A stretch of 64,000 nt of DNA from Acidobacteriota bacterium (GTDB lineage Bacteria; Acidobacteriota; UBA890; WLXD01), in NCBI GenBank assembly GCA_965205505.1, contig CBDBHB010000009.1:2688001-2752000 (forward strand). Direction: 5' to 3'. Of this stretch, positions 1 to 10,756 are shown piece after piece (position 1 is the stretch's first letter; the number at the start of each line of letters is the position of its first letter). The notes under the pieces are model-generated. The model did no database searches. It worked only from the letters and a program-made list of their open reading frames with translations, and was not told the origin of the DNA. Made by a program: the position numbers and the translations under genes.

Positions 1-399
1 GAGGAACAGCGCGCAAGCGGTTAGCACGAAGGCCACGATGGTGACCGCGGAACGCAGTCGGATGCGCGGTGCCACGACCGCATAGAGCTGTAAAGCAAGT
101 ATCGGCATCGCGAATACCAGGCCGCTCGACAACGAAACCGTGAAGTACAGCACGAACGGGTCGGTTAGCCCGGTGAACGTCAGTCGCGGATCTTGGCCGC
201 GTACGGCGAGCGCGTCGATCAGCGGGCTGGCCAGGAACCGGAATATCTCGCGCGACCAGGTCCACGACAACGACGTGCCGATCGCCAACCCCAGGAGCGA
301 CCAGACGGTAAGCTTGCGGGCACGTTCCAACCCCGCCAGCAGCGTCCGTAGCGGGGAGTCATCGTCCGTCTCAGGCTCGGTCGCGGATTCGGTTGTCAT
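1..399 (-). CDS. tatC: TatC-like Sec-independent translocase subunit (5' part; runs off the window)
   Basis: Manual translation from ATG 399: ...WSREIFRFLASPLIDAL...LTFTGLTDPFVLYFTVSLSSGLVFAMPILALQLYAVVAP..., matching the TatC TM1-loop-TM2 pattern. Confidence 0.7.
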   Translation of the reverse strand, partial: MTTESATEPETDDDSPLRTLLAGLERARKLTVWSLLGLAIGTSLSWTWSREIFRFLASPLIDALAVRGQDPRLTFTGLTDPFVLYFTVSLSSGLVFAMPILALQLYAVVAPRIRLRSAVTIVAFVLTACALFL

Positions 400-504
400 G
401 GCTCGCCGGGAGTGGATGCGGGGGGTCGAATTCTAGCAGCCTGCGGTGCCGCTGCGGCATCGGTGAGGGCGCCGTCCGGTTGGCGCCGAGATCGGGGTAG
501 GGCA

Positions 505-1089
505 ATGGCAAGACTCGAGCCGAGAGCACCGCATCACGAGTTCGGAACAGTCGAGGTGATCTGCGGCAGCATGTTCTCCGGCAAGAGCGAGGAGTTGATT
601 CGCCGCCTCCGGCGGGCCCAGATCGCCAAACAGGTAGTGCAGGTTTTCAAGCCGCGCGTCGACGATCGTTTCGACAGCGATCACATCGTGTCGCACAACC
701 AGCAGAAACTGCCGAGCGCCCGCGTCCGTGACTCCAAGGAGCTGTACGCGGGTGTGCGCGCCGACACTCAGGTAGTCGGCGTGGATGAGGCACAGTTCTT
801 CGATGACGGGCTCGTCGAGGTCTGCCAACGCCTTGCCGCTGAGGAGCATCGCGTTATCGTGGCTGGGCTCGACAAGGATTACCGCGGTGAGCCCTTCGAG
901 CCCATGCCGGCGTTGCTGGCGATTGCCGAGTACATCACCAAGACCCTCGCGATCTGCATGCAATGCGGCCGACCCGCCAACTTCTCGCAGCGGCTGACCG
1001 CCAGCAAGCAGCGCGTCGTGGTGGGTGCATCGGATGTGTACGAGGCTCGTTGCCGTCACTGCTTCGATCCGCACAACGACGCCTGCTAG
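505..1089 (+). CDS. tdk: Thymidine kinase
   Basis: GSMFSGKSEELIRR P-loop, VGVDEAQFF, VAGLDKDYRGEPF, Zn-binding CMQC...CRHC. Confidence 0.95.
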   Translation: MARLEPRAPHHEFGTVEVICGSMFSGKSEELIRRLRRAQIAKQVVQVFKPRVDDRFDSDHIVSHNQQKLPSARVRDSKELYAGVRADTQVVGVDEAQFFDDGLVEVCQRLAAEEHRVIVAGLDKDYRGEPFEPMPALLAIAEYITKTLAICMQCGRPANFSQRLTASKQRVVVGASDVYEARCRHCFDPHNDAC

Positions 1090-1163
1090 CAGGCAGTGGT
1101 GGAAGTGTGGTGGGCCTGGTTGCGGCGAGTTGGGGCCGGATGGAAGGCGGCCTGACGCGGGCG
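1086..1163. repeat. Truncated left part of a family-A CTAG-bounded MITE-like element
   Basis: CTAGCAGGCAGTGGTGGAAGTGTGGTGGGCCTGGTTGCGGCGAGTTGGGGCCGGATG aligns with the start of the copy at 33944. Confidence 0.8.
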
Positions 1164-1167
1164 CCGC

Positions 1168-1290
1168 TCAGTCGCCGGAGCCGCTCCGCCATCGCTCGCC
1201 TCTTACCCGCACCCGGGCCCCGAACTCGACGGTAAGGGCTCCGTCTCGGTCCGTGCGGTACACCGCCGTGCGATGTGCTCTCAGTCGTGT
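1168..1290 (-). pseudogene. comEC: comEC 3' fragment cut off by IS insertion
   Basis: Translates TRLRAHRTAVYRTDRDGALTVEFG...*; YRTD..GA is the typical ComEC MBL-domain C-terminus and continues in frame from 2562. Confidence 0.85.
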
Positions 1291-1366
1291 TGACCTGACC
1301 CCACGGTTAGTACCACGTCTTATCTCAGTAACTCGGTGCTTGACCCCACCCCGAAATCAGTACCAG

Positions 1367-2221
1367 TCAGAGGTTTAGGATTCGGTGTTCCGAAGCCTCC
1401 GGTTGCCAGCCCCTGGCGAACTCCGTAGGAGTTCGATCGTTCAGTGAGCTGTGTGGTCTGTGGGTATTGTAATCAAGCCTCCAAGCCTCCAGTTTTCGGC
1501 GCGCGTCATCGATCGAGAAGAACAGGTTGGCGTTGAGGCATTCGTCGCGAAGCCGTCCGTTGAAACTCTCGATGAACGCATTCTCCACGGGCTTTCCCGG
1601 CCGAATGAACTCCAACTGCACGCCTCTTCGGTACGCCCAGGAGTCCATCGCCTGGGAGTAGAATTCTGAGCCATTGTCGACGGTGATGACCCGTGGCAAC
1701 GGCCCGGCAAACGACAGCCGCTCGAGTGCTCCAGCCACCGCCTTGCCGGTCATCGACACGCCCGGCTCAAGTAACGGACATTCACGGCTAAACTGATCGA
1801 CCACCGTCAGCACCCGAAACGGCCGGCCACTCTCGAGCCGATCGGTCACGAAGTCCATGCTCCAGCGCTCGTTGGGCCGCTCTGCGGGCGGCAGCACAAG
1901 CCGTATGTGACTCGCCCGCTTGCGCCGTCGCTTTTTGGTCCGTACCTCCAGCCCCTCCTCTCGATAGATCCGATACACGCGCTTCTGGTTCACTACCCAT
2001 CCCTCGCGGCGTAGCAACACGCACAACCTCCGATACCCGAACCGCGGACGCGCCGCGGCGAGCTCGCCAAGACGACGCCGCAGCACGGGGTCGTCCGTCC
2101 TTGTGCTCTGATACCGATGGCTGGTGCGCGACAACTCGATCAGCCGACACGCTCGACGCTCACTGACACGGAACCCGTCCTGCAGGTACCGCACCACCTC
2201 GCGCTTGCGCGCCGGCTTCAC
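1367..2221 (-). CDS. IS3-family transposase OrfB (DDE integrase core)
   Basis: [49 protein letters not shown]. Confidence 0.95.
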   Translation of the reverse strand: MKPARKREVVRYLQDGFRVSERRACRLIELSRTSHRYQSTRTDDPVLRRRLGELAAARPRFGYRRLCVLLRREGWVVNQKRVYRIYREEGLEVRTKKRRRKRASHIRLVLPPAERPNERWSMDFVTDRLESGRPFRVLTVVDQFSRECPLLEPGVSMTGKAVAGALERLSFAGPLPRVITVDNGSEFYSQAMDSWAYRRGVQLEFIRPGKPVENAFIESFNGRLRDECLNANLFFSIDDARRKLEAWRLDYNTHRPHSSLNDRTPTEFARGWQPEASEHRILNL

Positions 2222-2484
2222 ACCTTTTTTGACAGCACCTCCTGGAGCATGTGCTTGTCCAAGCTCAGATCTGCCACCAGCTGCTTCAACTTCCGGTTCT
2301 CATGGCGGAGTTGTCGTAGCTCCCGAAGTTCGGCCACGCCCATCCCGGCGAACTTGCGGCGCCACGTGTAGAACGTCTGCTCGCTGACGCCCAGCTTGTG
2401 ACACACCTCCTTGATCGGCGTGCCCGCCTCAGCCTGCCGCAGCGCGTAGGCGATCTGCTCGTCCGTGTACCTCTTCCGCTTCAT
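2218..2484 (-). CDS. IS3-family transposase OrfA (HTH); A6G slippery site for OrfAB -1 frameshift
   Basis: [11 protein letters not shown]...[14 protein letters not shown]...[11 protein letters not shown]; minus-strand AAAAAAG at about 2224-2230 in the orfA/orfB overlap. Confidence 0.93.
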   Translation of the reverse strand: MKRKRYTDEQIAYALRQAEAGTPIKEVCHKLGVSEQTFYTWRRKFAGMGVAELRELRQLRHENRKLKQLVADLSLDKHMLQEVLSKKV

Positions 2485-2561
2485 CTGTCCTCCTGCTTGG
2501 AGGACGACGGTACACCGATTTCCTAAACATCAACCTGGCACCGTTTTCGGGGTTTGGGTCA

Positions 2562-4788
2562 TGTGAGCACGCTGGAACGCGGCAGTGACCAGGGGTTGGT
2601 AGCACCTACCGACACCACCGCGTGGCGCGGCCGCAGGCGACTCAGGAGACTGTCTGAGGTGGCGCTGGCGCTGCCGTGATGTCCGACCTTCAGAAACGCG
2701 CCTGCCATTCGCGTAAGGTCCCAGTGTCGCTCCGCTGTCGTACCGGCGTCGCCGGTGAGCAGCATTTGCTTGGTGCCGCAGGTAGCTACAAGAACCAACG
2801 AAGCCTCGTTGTTCACCTCACGGGCCCCGGCTCGCAGTTCGTTACCTGGCGCCGGGAGGCTGCGCCAGCGGCAGCCGGCGATCGTTCGCTCGACCGCGGT
2901 GGGCGTGAGCATGACGGTGCGGCGCGCTCGAGCCAGCTCGTATAGGCGGGCTGCTGTCTCGGACCCGGCCGGGGTTGCGCCTTGCCACAGCTCACTGACT
3001 CGAAAGTGGCGCAGAATCGTCGACACTCCGCCCATATGGTCGGCGTGATCGTGGGTGATCGCTACCACTTCGATGCGTTCGATGCCAGTCGACGCAATTC
3101 CGGCTCGACAATGCGGTAGCCGGTGTCGTAATCGATGCCCGGGTAGCCGCCAGCATCGACCAGCACCGCCCCGTCGGCCGAAACCAGCAGCAGGGCGTCG
3201 CCTTGTCCCACATCAAGGGCGAGCAGGCGTGGATACACTGGCTGCTGCGGGGATCGGAGTGCGAGACCGATTGCGACGACCATCGATAACAGGCCCGCGA
3301 TGAGCAGCCGACCACGCGCGCGTACGACGACGATCATGCCGAGACCGTACAAAACCGCTGATGCGGCGCTGGCCGAAGCGAGGGCGACCGGACCGATTCC
3401 CAGGGAGGCAGGAGCTCGCGAACACGCGAGCACGACGTCGAGCATCGCTTCGGCACCGGCCGCCAGGCCGCCCGGAAGCGCCGGCAGCCCGGCTGCCGCG
3501 GCGATCAGCGCGACCACCGCGAGCACCAGGGCAGCAGAGACGGCCGGGATGGCGACCACGTTGAGCAGCAGTCCGGCGACCGGGACCGCACCTGTCTGCG
3601 TCGCCAGCAAGGGCGCCACCGCGCTGCTAGCCACCAGGCTGGTGCCGAACATGCGGACGAGTAGCATCTCGCCACGGTGGGCCGCCAGTACGATCGCTGC
3701 GGTGGCGGCAACACTCAGTTGGAAGCCGAACTGCTCCAGTGCGACGGGCTCGACGGCGACAATCACCAGGATGGCGAAGCCGAGCGCGTCGGTCGACGCC
3801 ACCCGTCGCCCAGTCAGGCGACCTGCGAGCAGGCACGTGACCATCGTTGCGGCGCGCCGGATCGGCGCCCGCGGCTCTACCAACGATACGAGGAGCAGGG
3901 CAGCGCAGAGCCCCGCGCACCAACTCGCCCGCGGCGAGCGGCCCAGCACGCGCAGGGCGGCCGTCGGTGCCATCGCGAGCAGCCCGACGTGCAACCCGGA
4001 TATGGCTAGCAGATGGATCAGGCCGCTACGCGTCATGTCTTGCAGCAGGCTCTCATCGAGATCGCGTCGTTCACCGAGCAGCAGGGCGCGCACGAGATTC
4101 GGGTGGCGCCGGAAGGTCGCGGCGATTTGCGCGCGGACGAAATCGCGAGCTCGTCCTGGAAGGGTCGCTAGGTACGTCGCCGGCGGTGCCCGCATCCGCA
4201 CCTGGCCGTAGCTCTTCAATCGCGCGCGTAGGTCAATGCCACGCAGTCGTAGCCGGTCGATCGTCGCGCGTGCCGGGTTCGCCGGTGGTCGGTCGGGTTG
4301 CAGTCGAAGCCAGGCTTCCAATCGTGTTCCGGAGTACCAGTTAGGTCGCGGCGGGGCTTCGGGGATCTGCAGCTCGACTCGTCCTTGAAGCAACTGCCAC
4401 CGCTGCTGTAGCCATACGCGATCCACATCGACGGTCACCGTCGATCCGCGCGCCACCGCCGTCGGCTCACGTACGACGTGGCCTTGGATTCTCCAAGGGC
4501 CATCTAGGCCGCCGTCATGCTCGGCCAGGAAGCGCAGAGAGCTAGGCCGGGAGGCGCTACTGCCGGCGACCCCTCCCATTAGCGTGGCGGCGACAAGGAC
4601 GGCGAAGGCACCCTGCGGCCGTCTGACGCGACCTGCCGCGACCCAGAGCAGAAGACTGGCGAGTACCGAGGCGGCGCTCGACCACGGAACGCTCTCGAGT
4701 TGGCCTGGAGCAACGGCGCTGGCCCAGGCGCTGGCGCCGCTCCATGTAACCACCACCGCCACACGAGCAGGGGCAGACCAGCGGTCAC
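2562..4788 (-). pseudogene. comEC: ComEC/Rec2 DNA-uptake protein (frameshifted and IS-interrupted)
   Basis: GLIHLLAISGLHVG, FQLSVAAT, LDVGQGDA, THDHADHMGG, LKVGHHGS; frame breaks near 4760 and 3090, IS at 2561. Confidence 0.9.
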
Positions 4789-5363
4789 ACGGTCCAGGGA
4801 CTAAAGCGTGGCAATCGGAGGGTGGGCAGCCCGCTCCGGGCCTCGGCGGTGTTGCGGAACGTGGCCTCGATAGTATTGGCTCGACGGTCGAGCTCGGTGG
4901 CTCCGAGGGCGCCGGCTTCAACTGCCAAACGATCGAGAGCGGTTGCCGCAATCTGCAGCGCTTCGGCAAGCTCCGGCGTGGTCTCGATGGCCGCACGGCA
5001 GGTAGTGGCGACCCGTTCGAGGTGCTCGACGGCCGGATCCCCGTCGCCACCCGTATCGGCGCCCGGAAGTATCCCGAGCCGACTCTGCTCCTCCCATGCC
5101 GCCTCGACCTGCTGCCTGCAGTATGACAGTGAGTTCACCTTCCTTCTCGACGAGGCGCTCGCGTCGAAGCGGTCGAACGCGCCATTGATGCCTCGCAGCA
5201 CCGTATCCAGCGGGATGCCGCGATCGTACCAGCGCTCGACGACCTGCCAGTCGCGCGGCGACAGCAGCAGCGGACCGTCGCGGCGTATGCCGAAGTGCCG
5301 CTCGATCTGTCGGAAGTAGTCGTTGCGACGTGCCTCGTCGTCGGTCTCGTGCTGGTCGCTCAT
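4785..5363 (-). CDS. Conserved-type hypothetical protein (YFxxIExHF...LLSPxDW...W...GIPL..VLRGI...SLSYC), translationally coupled to comEC
   Basis: Natural amino-acid composition; GTGA stop/start overlap with comEC. Confidence 0.7.
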   Translation of the reverse strand: MSDQHETDDEARRNDYFRQIERHFGIRRDGPLLLSPRDWQVVERWYDRGIPLDTVLRGINGAFDRFDASASSRRKVNSLSYCRQQVEAAWEEQSRLGILPGADTGGDGDPAVEHLERVATTCRAAIETTPELAEALQIAATALDRLAVEAGALGATELDRRANTIEATFRNTAEARSGLPTLRLPRFSPWTV

Positions 5364-5583
5364 CGTGTCGGTCGCTCACGCAGACTGGAGACGGTCGTCG
5401 GTTGCCGTGATCTGCTGCGGCAGCCGAACGTTCCGCCACCGACACGGCAAGCGCAAGTCCGAAAGCGTCGCCGGGTATGCGCCACGAAGCGGTGGCGGCA
5501 GGCTGCAGCCTGGTAGTATCGATCTCTTGTCCGTCGGGCGAAATAGAATCGCGCAAAGGGTCTGTTCGGAGGCATGCGGGGAA

Positions 5584-8403
5584 ATGGGGGTGGAAGCCAC
5601 GGTGGGCACGTCCGCGGCGGCAGCGAGTGAACCGATCGTCGTTCGAGGGGCGCGCGTCCACAATCTGCAGAACATCGACGTAGAGATTCCGGCCGGCAGC
5701 CTGGTAGTGGTCACAGGCGTGTCCGGCTCCGGTAAGTCGAGCCTCGCCTTCGACACCGTTTACGCCGAGGGCCAGCGACGGTATGTGGAGTCGCTATCCG
5801 CCTACGCGCGCCAGTTTCTCGAGCGCATGGACAAGCCGTTGGTTGACGAAGTTCGTGGCGTATGTCCGGCCATCGCCATCCAGCAAAGGGTGCCACCGCG
5901 CAACTCTCGCTCAACCGTAGGTACGGTCACTGAGATCCAGGACTACCTGCGGCTGCTGTATGCGCGTGCCGGGACGACGATCTGCCCAAGCTGCGGCACC
6001 GCGGTGCGCGCCGACGCGCCCGGAGAGGTCGCCGCGCGGCTGCTCGACGAGCACGCGGAGGAGCGTGCGTTGATAGCCTATCCGCGTCCGTTGCCTCGAG
6101 ATGACGTATCACGACTCGGGCTCCTTCAGCACCTGCTCAAGTCGGGTTTCCGGCGCCTCTTGACCGACGGTGCGGTGTGCGAGCTGACCCCATCCCAGCT
6201 CGCGGAGTTGACTTCGACGTTGCGCGGCGACGAGGTCGACGTAATCGTCGACCGACTGCGTCTACGTCAGCGGTCGCGCGAGCGCCTGCTCGACTCGATA
6301 GGGGTCGCCTTTCGCGAGGGCGAGGGCCGAGCGCGGGTTTGGATCCAGCTTGATGACGGGCTGGAGCTGCGCTCGTTCGACGATCGCTACCGGTGCGCGG
6401 ACTGCGATCGCGACTTCCTTCGGCCGGAGCCGCGGTTGTTCTCATTCAACAATCCGTACGGCGCCTGCCCTGAGTGCAAGGGGTTCGGCAGCATCATCGA
6501 GATCGATCTTGAGAAGGTCATTCCCGATCGCCGCAGGAGCCTCGCCGACGGAGCCGTAGAACCGTGGAACAAGGAGAGTAGACATCGCATCCGAAGTTCG
6601 ATGCGTGCGTTCGCTGCCAAGCGTGGCATTCCGCTCGATGTCGCTTGGGCAGATCTCGAGCCCGAACAACGTGACGCGATTCTCGACGGCGGTGATGGCT
6701 TTGTCGGAGTGCACGGGTTTTTCGCCGGACTTCGGAAGAAGCAGCACAAGCTCCACGTCCGCGTTCTACTGGCGCGCTATCGCGGCTACGTTGGCTGCCC
6801 GGCGTGCCAGGGTACGCGTCTTCGCAGCGATGCCCACGCCGTTCGTATCGACCGCCGCACCTTGCCCGAGGTCTCCTGTCTGAGCATCGGTGAGATCGCG
6901 GCGTTTTTCGACGATCTGGAACAGCCGGCGCATGTCGCGGTGGTGGTCGATCAGGTGCTCCGAGAGATCCGGGCGCGGCTCCGCTACCTGATCGAAGTGG
7001 GCCTCGAGTACCTCACTCTCGACCGCCTCACCGGTACCCTGTCGGGCGGAGAGGCGCAGCGCATAAGCCTGGCAACCTGTCTCGGCTCGATGCTGGTGGG
7101 GTCTATGTATGTGCTCGACGAGCCTAGCGTCGGACTACATCCGCGCGACAACGAGCGGCTGATCTCGATCCTCGAACGTCTCCGAGATCTCGGCAATACC
7201 GTCTTGGTGGTCGAGCACGACCGCCAGATGATCGAGGGTGCCGATTACTTGATCGATATGGGCCCCGGGGCCGGAGTTCTCGGTGGCCGCGTAGTGTTCG
7301 CCGGCGCGCCCAGTAAGATCCACGACGCCACCGAGTCGGTTACTTCAGCGTACCTTTCGGGCCAGCGCAGAGTCCCGATGCCGGCGCTGCGCCGTCCGCG
7401 CGTTCAAGAGCTACGGGTGATCGGAGCGCGGCAGCACAACCTCAAGAACATCGACGTTACGTTCCCTCTCGGCGTGCTTTGCTGCGTTACCGGCGTCTCG
7501 GGGTCGGGCAAGAGCACGCTTATTCACGACGTCCTCCACGCCGGCTTGCTTCGACGCCTGGGTCAGTGGAACGGAGCGGTGGGCGATCACGACGATATCG
7601 AAGGGGCGGGGTTGATCCGTCAGGCGGTGTTGGTTGACCAAGCGCCGATCGGTCGAAGCGCAAGATCGAACCCGGTGACCTATGTAAAGGCGTTCGACCC
7701 TATCCGAAAGCGCTTTGCGGCGACGCGCGAGGCGCTCGCCCGTGGTTACGGCCCTGGGCACTTCTCGTTCAACGTCGCCGGGGGGCGTTGCGAGGTGTGT
7801 GAAGGCGCCGGCCAGATCCTTGTGGAGATGCAGTTCCTTCCTGACGTCAACTTGCCTTGCGAGGAGTGCGGCGGCAGTCGATTCCGGCGCGAAACGCTGG
7901 ATATTCGCGTGCGTGGTAAGAATATCTACGACGTGCTCCAGCTGACTGTCGGAGAGGCGCGTCGGTTCTTCGCGGATCTGCCCAAGGCGGAGTCGCGGCT
8001 GAAGGCGCTGGAGGACGTCGGTCTCGGCTACCTCCGACTGGGGCAACCTTCCAGCACGTTGTCGGCGGGCGAGGCGCAGCGCGTCAAGCTAGCGTCACAT
8101 CTGCTCCAGGGTGGCGGCAAGGGAATGCTCTACCTGTTCGATGAACCCACCACCGGGCTGCACTTCGACGATATCGTCAAGCTCCTGTTTGCCTTGAACC
8201 GGCTGATCGACACCGGCGCCTCGGTCATCGTAATCGAGCACAACCTCGACCTCATCAAAGCGGCCGACTGGGTGATCGATCTTGGCCCCGAGGGCGGTGA
8301 TGGGGGCGGCTCGCTGGTAGCGGCGGGTACACCCGAAGAGGTTGCTGTCTGCACCGGATCGCACACCGCCCGCTACCTACGTGAAGTTGTTGACGATGAC
8401 TAG
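5584..8403 (+). CDS. uvrA: Excinuclease ABC subunit A
   Basis: Two GVSGSGKS Walker A motifs, [35 protein letters not shown]; start codon approximate. Confidence 0.96.
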   Translation: MGVEATVGTSAAAASEPIVVRGARVHNLQNIDVEIPAGSLVVVTGVSGSGKSSLAFDTVYAEGQRRYVESLSAYARQFLERMDKPLVDEVRGVCPAIAIQQRVPPRNSRSTVGTVTEIQDYLRLLYARAGTTICPSCGTAVRADAPGEVAARLLDEHAEERALIAYPRPLPRDDVSRLGLLQHLLKSGFRRLLTDGAVCELTPSQLAELTSTLRGDEVDVIVDRLRLRQRSRERLLDSIGVAFREGEGRARVWIQLDDGLELRSFDDRYRCADCDRDFLRPEPRLFSFNNPYGACPECKGFGSIIEIDLEKVIPDRRRSLADGAVEPWNKESRHRIRSSMRAFAAKRGIPLDVAWADLEPEQRDAILDGGDGFVGVHGFFAGLRKKQHKLHVRVLLARYRGYVGCPACQGTRLRSDAHAVRIDRRTLPEVSCLSIGEIAAFFDDLEQPAHVAVVVDQVLREIRARLRYLIEVGLEYLTLDRLTGTLSGGEAQRISLATCLGSMLVGSMYVLDEPSVGLHPRDNERLISILERLRDLGNTVLVVEHDRQMIEGADYLIDMGPGAGVLGGRVVFAGAPSKIHDATESVTSAYLSGQRRVPMPALRRPRVQELRVIGARQHNLKNIDVTFPLGVLCCVTGVSGSGKSTLIHDVLHAGLLRRLGQWNGAVGDHDDIEGAGLIRQAVLVDQAPIGRSARSNPVTYVKAFDPIRKRFAATREALARGYGPGHFSFNVAGGRCEVCEGAGQILVEMQFLPDVNLPCEECGGSRFRRETLDIRVRGKNIYDVLQLTVGEARRFFADLPKAESRLKALEDVGLGYLRLGQPSSTLSAGEAQRVKLASHLLQGGGKGMLYLFDEPTTGLHFDDIVKLLFALNRLIDTGASVIVIEHNLDLIKAADWVIDLGPEGGDGGGSLVAAGTPEEVAVCTGSHTARYLREVVDDD

Positions 8404-8409
8404 CGTTCC

Positions 8410-9447
8410 ATGACCGCGCCGCTTATCGATCTGCGCAGCGACACGGTGACGCAGCCCACGAATGCCATGCGCCAAGCCATGGCGTCGGCCGAAGTCGGTG
8501 ACGATGTCTACGGTGAGGATCCCACCGTCGAGCGCCTGCAGGAGGTCGGCTCCGAGCTGCTCGGCAAGCCGGCGAGCCTGTTCATGCCCACCGGCATGAT
8601 GGCCAACCAGGTGGCGGCGCATCTGCAGGCGCGACCGGGTGACGAGGTGCTGATCGAGGCATCGGGCCATGGGCACGACTGGGAGCTCGGCGCGACAGCG
8701 GTGCTCTCGGGCCTGCAGCTACGCGCTGTCGCCGGCGAGGCAGGTGTGCTGCACCCACGCCACGTAGAGGCCCACTTGATGTCGCGCCCGTACTATCAAT
8801 CGCGCTGCGCGCTGATCGTGCTCGAAAACACACATAACATGGCCGGCGGGAAGGTGTACCCACTCGAGATCGCCCGCCAGGTGGTCGCGGTGTGTCGGGA
8901 GCGGGGTTTGCGCGCCCATCTTGACGGGGCGCGCTTGTTCAACGCGGCGGTGGCCACCGAACGACCCGCGGCGGACCTGGCGGCAGATTTCGACACGGTT
9001 ATGGTGTCGCTGTCGAAGGGCCTGTCGGCCCCGGTGGGCTCGTTGCTCGCAGGGGGCGCTGATTTCATTCGCGAGGCACGGCGCGTACGCAAGATGTTCG
9101 GTGGCGGTATGCGCCAAGTCGGGGTGGTGGCCGCAGCGGCGCTTGTGGCGTTGGAATCCGGCGTCGATCGATTGGCCGAGGATCACGCAAGCGCTCGTCG
9201 TCTGGCGGACGGCCTGCTGCAGACCGGGTGCGTCTCGTTGACGTTTGGTCATGTCGACACCAACATCGTGGTCTTTGATGTCGATGGCATGACCGCGCCT
9301 GCTTTCTGTCGTGCGGCGCGGGACAGAGGCGTGCTCTGCACGCCAACCGCTGCCGGTGCGGTGCGGCTGGTTACTCACCGGCACATTACGACGCCGGACG
9401 TCGACGAAGCTCTGGCGCGGGTACTGCCGCTGGTGGAGAGCGCGTAG
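8410..9447 (+). CDS. ltaE: Low-specificity L-threonine aldolase
   Basis: [45 protein letters not shown]. Confidence 0.93.
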   Translation: MTAPLIDLRSDTVTQPTNAMRQAMASAEVGDDVYGEDPTVERLQEVGSELLGKPASLFMPTGMMANQVAAHLQARPGDEVLIEASGHGHDWELGATAVLSGLQLRAVAGEAGVLHPRHVEAHLMSRPYYQSRCALIVLENTHNMAGGKVYPLEIARQVVAVCRERGLRAHLDGARLFNAAVATERPAADLAADFDTVMVSLSKGLSAPVGSLLAGGADFIREARRVRKMFGGGMRQVGVVAAAALVALESGVDRLAEDHASARRLADGLLQTGCVSLTFGHVDTNIVVFDVDGMTAPAFCRAARDRGVLCTPTAAGAVRLVTHRHITTPDVDEALARVLPLVESA

Positions 9448-9483
9448 CTACTGGAAGTGTGACAGGCCTGGCGGCGTGTGCCG

Positions 9484-10593
9484 CTAGCGTACCCGCACAT
9501 CGAGGCTCAGCATCGGATGCGAGCCGGGTGCGGTGATGGCGTTCATCACCTGGAGCTTGAGAGCGAAAGCCGAACGGGGCTCGCCGGCAACGATAAGCGT
9601 GACGTCGCCGTGTGCGGGTACCCGGATCAGCGACGCCTGGTCTTGGAAACGATGGTCGCCACGGTTCGCCAGCTCGAAGGTCGCGTCCGACGCATTGGAC
9701 AGCGTCACGTCGACGATGTCACGTTGGCCTCTCTTGACGACTTCCGTCACCGTCAGCGACGCCTCGATCAGCGGCATCAGTACCTCGTCGCGCCCAATCA
9801 GCGTGTTGTTCATCCAGGCAACGGTTCGCCGCGCCAGCAGCGCTTCGCGGATCGCCTCGGCGGTGCGGCTGACTGCGAAGACAAGCGTGACGGTGCGGTG
9901 CCCGCCGCCGTGGATGTCGTAGTCCCAGTCGATCAACCCGTGGATGTCGGAGACACCGAGAATCGTGAGGTCGTGATCGAGCGCGATCTGAAGCGCGTCG
10001 GACGAGTAGCTGTTCCCGTTGGCCACCTCGATGCCATGCAACAGGCCGTCGGCAATGAGCGATCGGTGCATGTCGGTAAGCGCGGCGACGCCGTCGCTCC
10101 GCAGCCCGTACGACCACGGGTGGTTCCAGAACAGGAAAGCGCCTTGACGGTTGGCCGCGCGGAAGACGCTCATCGGGTCGTCGGCCCGGAGGGCGTTCGC
10201 GTCGATCAGAAAGACGGCGTTCACATGCCCGAGGGGCGGTTCGCGGGTAATTTCAGCACCGTTGACGACAATGAGCTCCGACCCGGCACGCTCTGCATGA
10301 TCGGTGGCCAGCACAAACGAGCGGTTGCGATCGGGATGGGGAATATCCTCCGAGTGCGGTTGGTACTCGAGATGCTCGGTCACCGCCACCAGATCGAGCC
10401 CGTCCAGCTTCGACTCGTCGATGCGGATGGAGGGCCACACCAGGCCGTCGGAAAAGACCGAGTGCGTGTGCGGGTCGACGATCAGCGTGTGGTAGCCGGA
10501 GACGTCGGGAAACTCGATCACCCTGTCCTGAGCCATTGCTCCGACAGCCGTTCCGACCATCGCCATCAATACCAGAGCGCGAGAGGCATGCAT
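9484..10593 (-). CDS. Secreted PHP-domain phosphoesterase (Sb-PDE-like)
   Basis: Signal peptide; DPHTHSVFSDGLVWP, VTEHLEYQPH, GAEITR, NHP, GVSDIHGLIDWDY. Confidence 0.82.
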   Translation of the reverse strand: MHASRALVLMAMVGTAVGAMAQDRVIEFPDVSGYHTLIVDPHTHSVFSDGLVWPSIRIDESKLDGLDLVAVTEHLEYQPHSEDIPHPDRNRSFVLATDHAERAGSELIVVNGAEITREPPLGHVNAVFLIDANALRADDPMSVFRAANRQGAFLFWNHPWSYGLRSDGVAALTDMHRSLIADGLLHGIEVANGNSYSSDALQIALDHDLTILGVSDIHGLIDWDYDIHGGGHRTVTLVFAVSRTAEAIREALLARRTVAWMNNTLIGRDEVLMPLIEASLTVTEVVKRGQRDIVDVTLSNASDATFELANRGDHRFQDQASLIRVPAHGDVTLIVAGEPRSAFALKLQVMNAITAPGSHPMLSLDVRVR

Positions 10594-10724
10594 GTGGCCC
10601 GTCCTCGATCTTTTCCCTGCGGGCTCGGCTCGAGTCGCCGGTCGCCAGGTTGGTGAGCTCGACGCCGCGCATCGGCGCACGGACACCGTAGGCTCGCGGT
10701 TGTCGCCGGTCAACGGAACCCACG

Positions 10725-10756
10725 CAGGAGCACTAACCTCTGTTACAGGCCTCTAG
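10725..10756. repeat. Tandem remnants of MITE ends (C-type CAGGAGCACTA, B-type CTCTGTTACAGGCCTCTAG) at the aroC stop
   Basis: Match the right ends at about 50146-50157 and 15753-15772. Confidence 0.55.

Larger units (their letters stand above)
1291..2561 (-). mobile_element. IS3-family insertion sequence (IS407-group-like) with an extra 50-bp outer end
   Basis: Imperfect IRs TGACCCAAACCCCGAAAACGGTGCCAG (2561, minus) and TGACCCCACCCCGAAATCAGTACCAG (1341); second end TGACCTGACCCCACGGTTAGTACCA at 1291; TGT direct repeat at 1288-1290 and 2562-2564; orfA/orfB. Confidence 0.9.

Noticed and set aside
9446-9487. Possible MITE remnant between ltaE and the PHP gene
   Set aside because: Only a short GGAAGTGTG...GGCCTGG similarity, too weak to support.
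9478-10656. Long antisense ORFs (for example 9478-10656, 3300-4211, 12044-13135, 38061-39032, 63338-63997)
   Set aside because: Shadow frames of real genes in high-GC DNA; no recognisable motifs.
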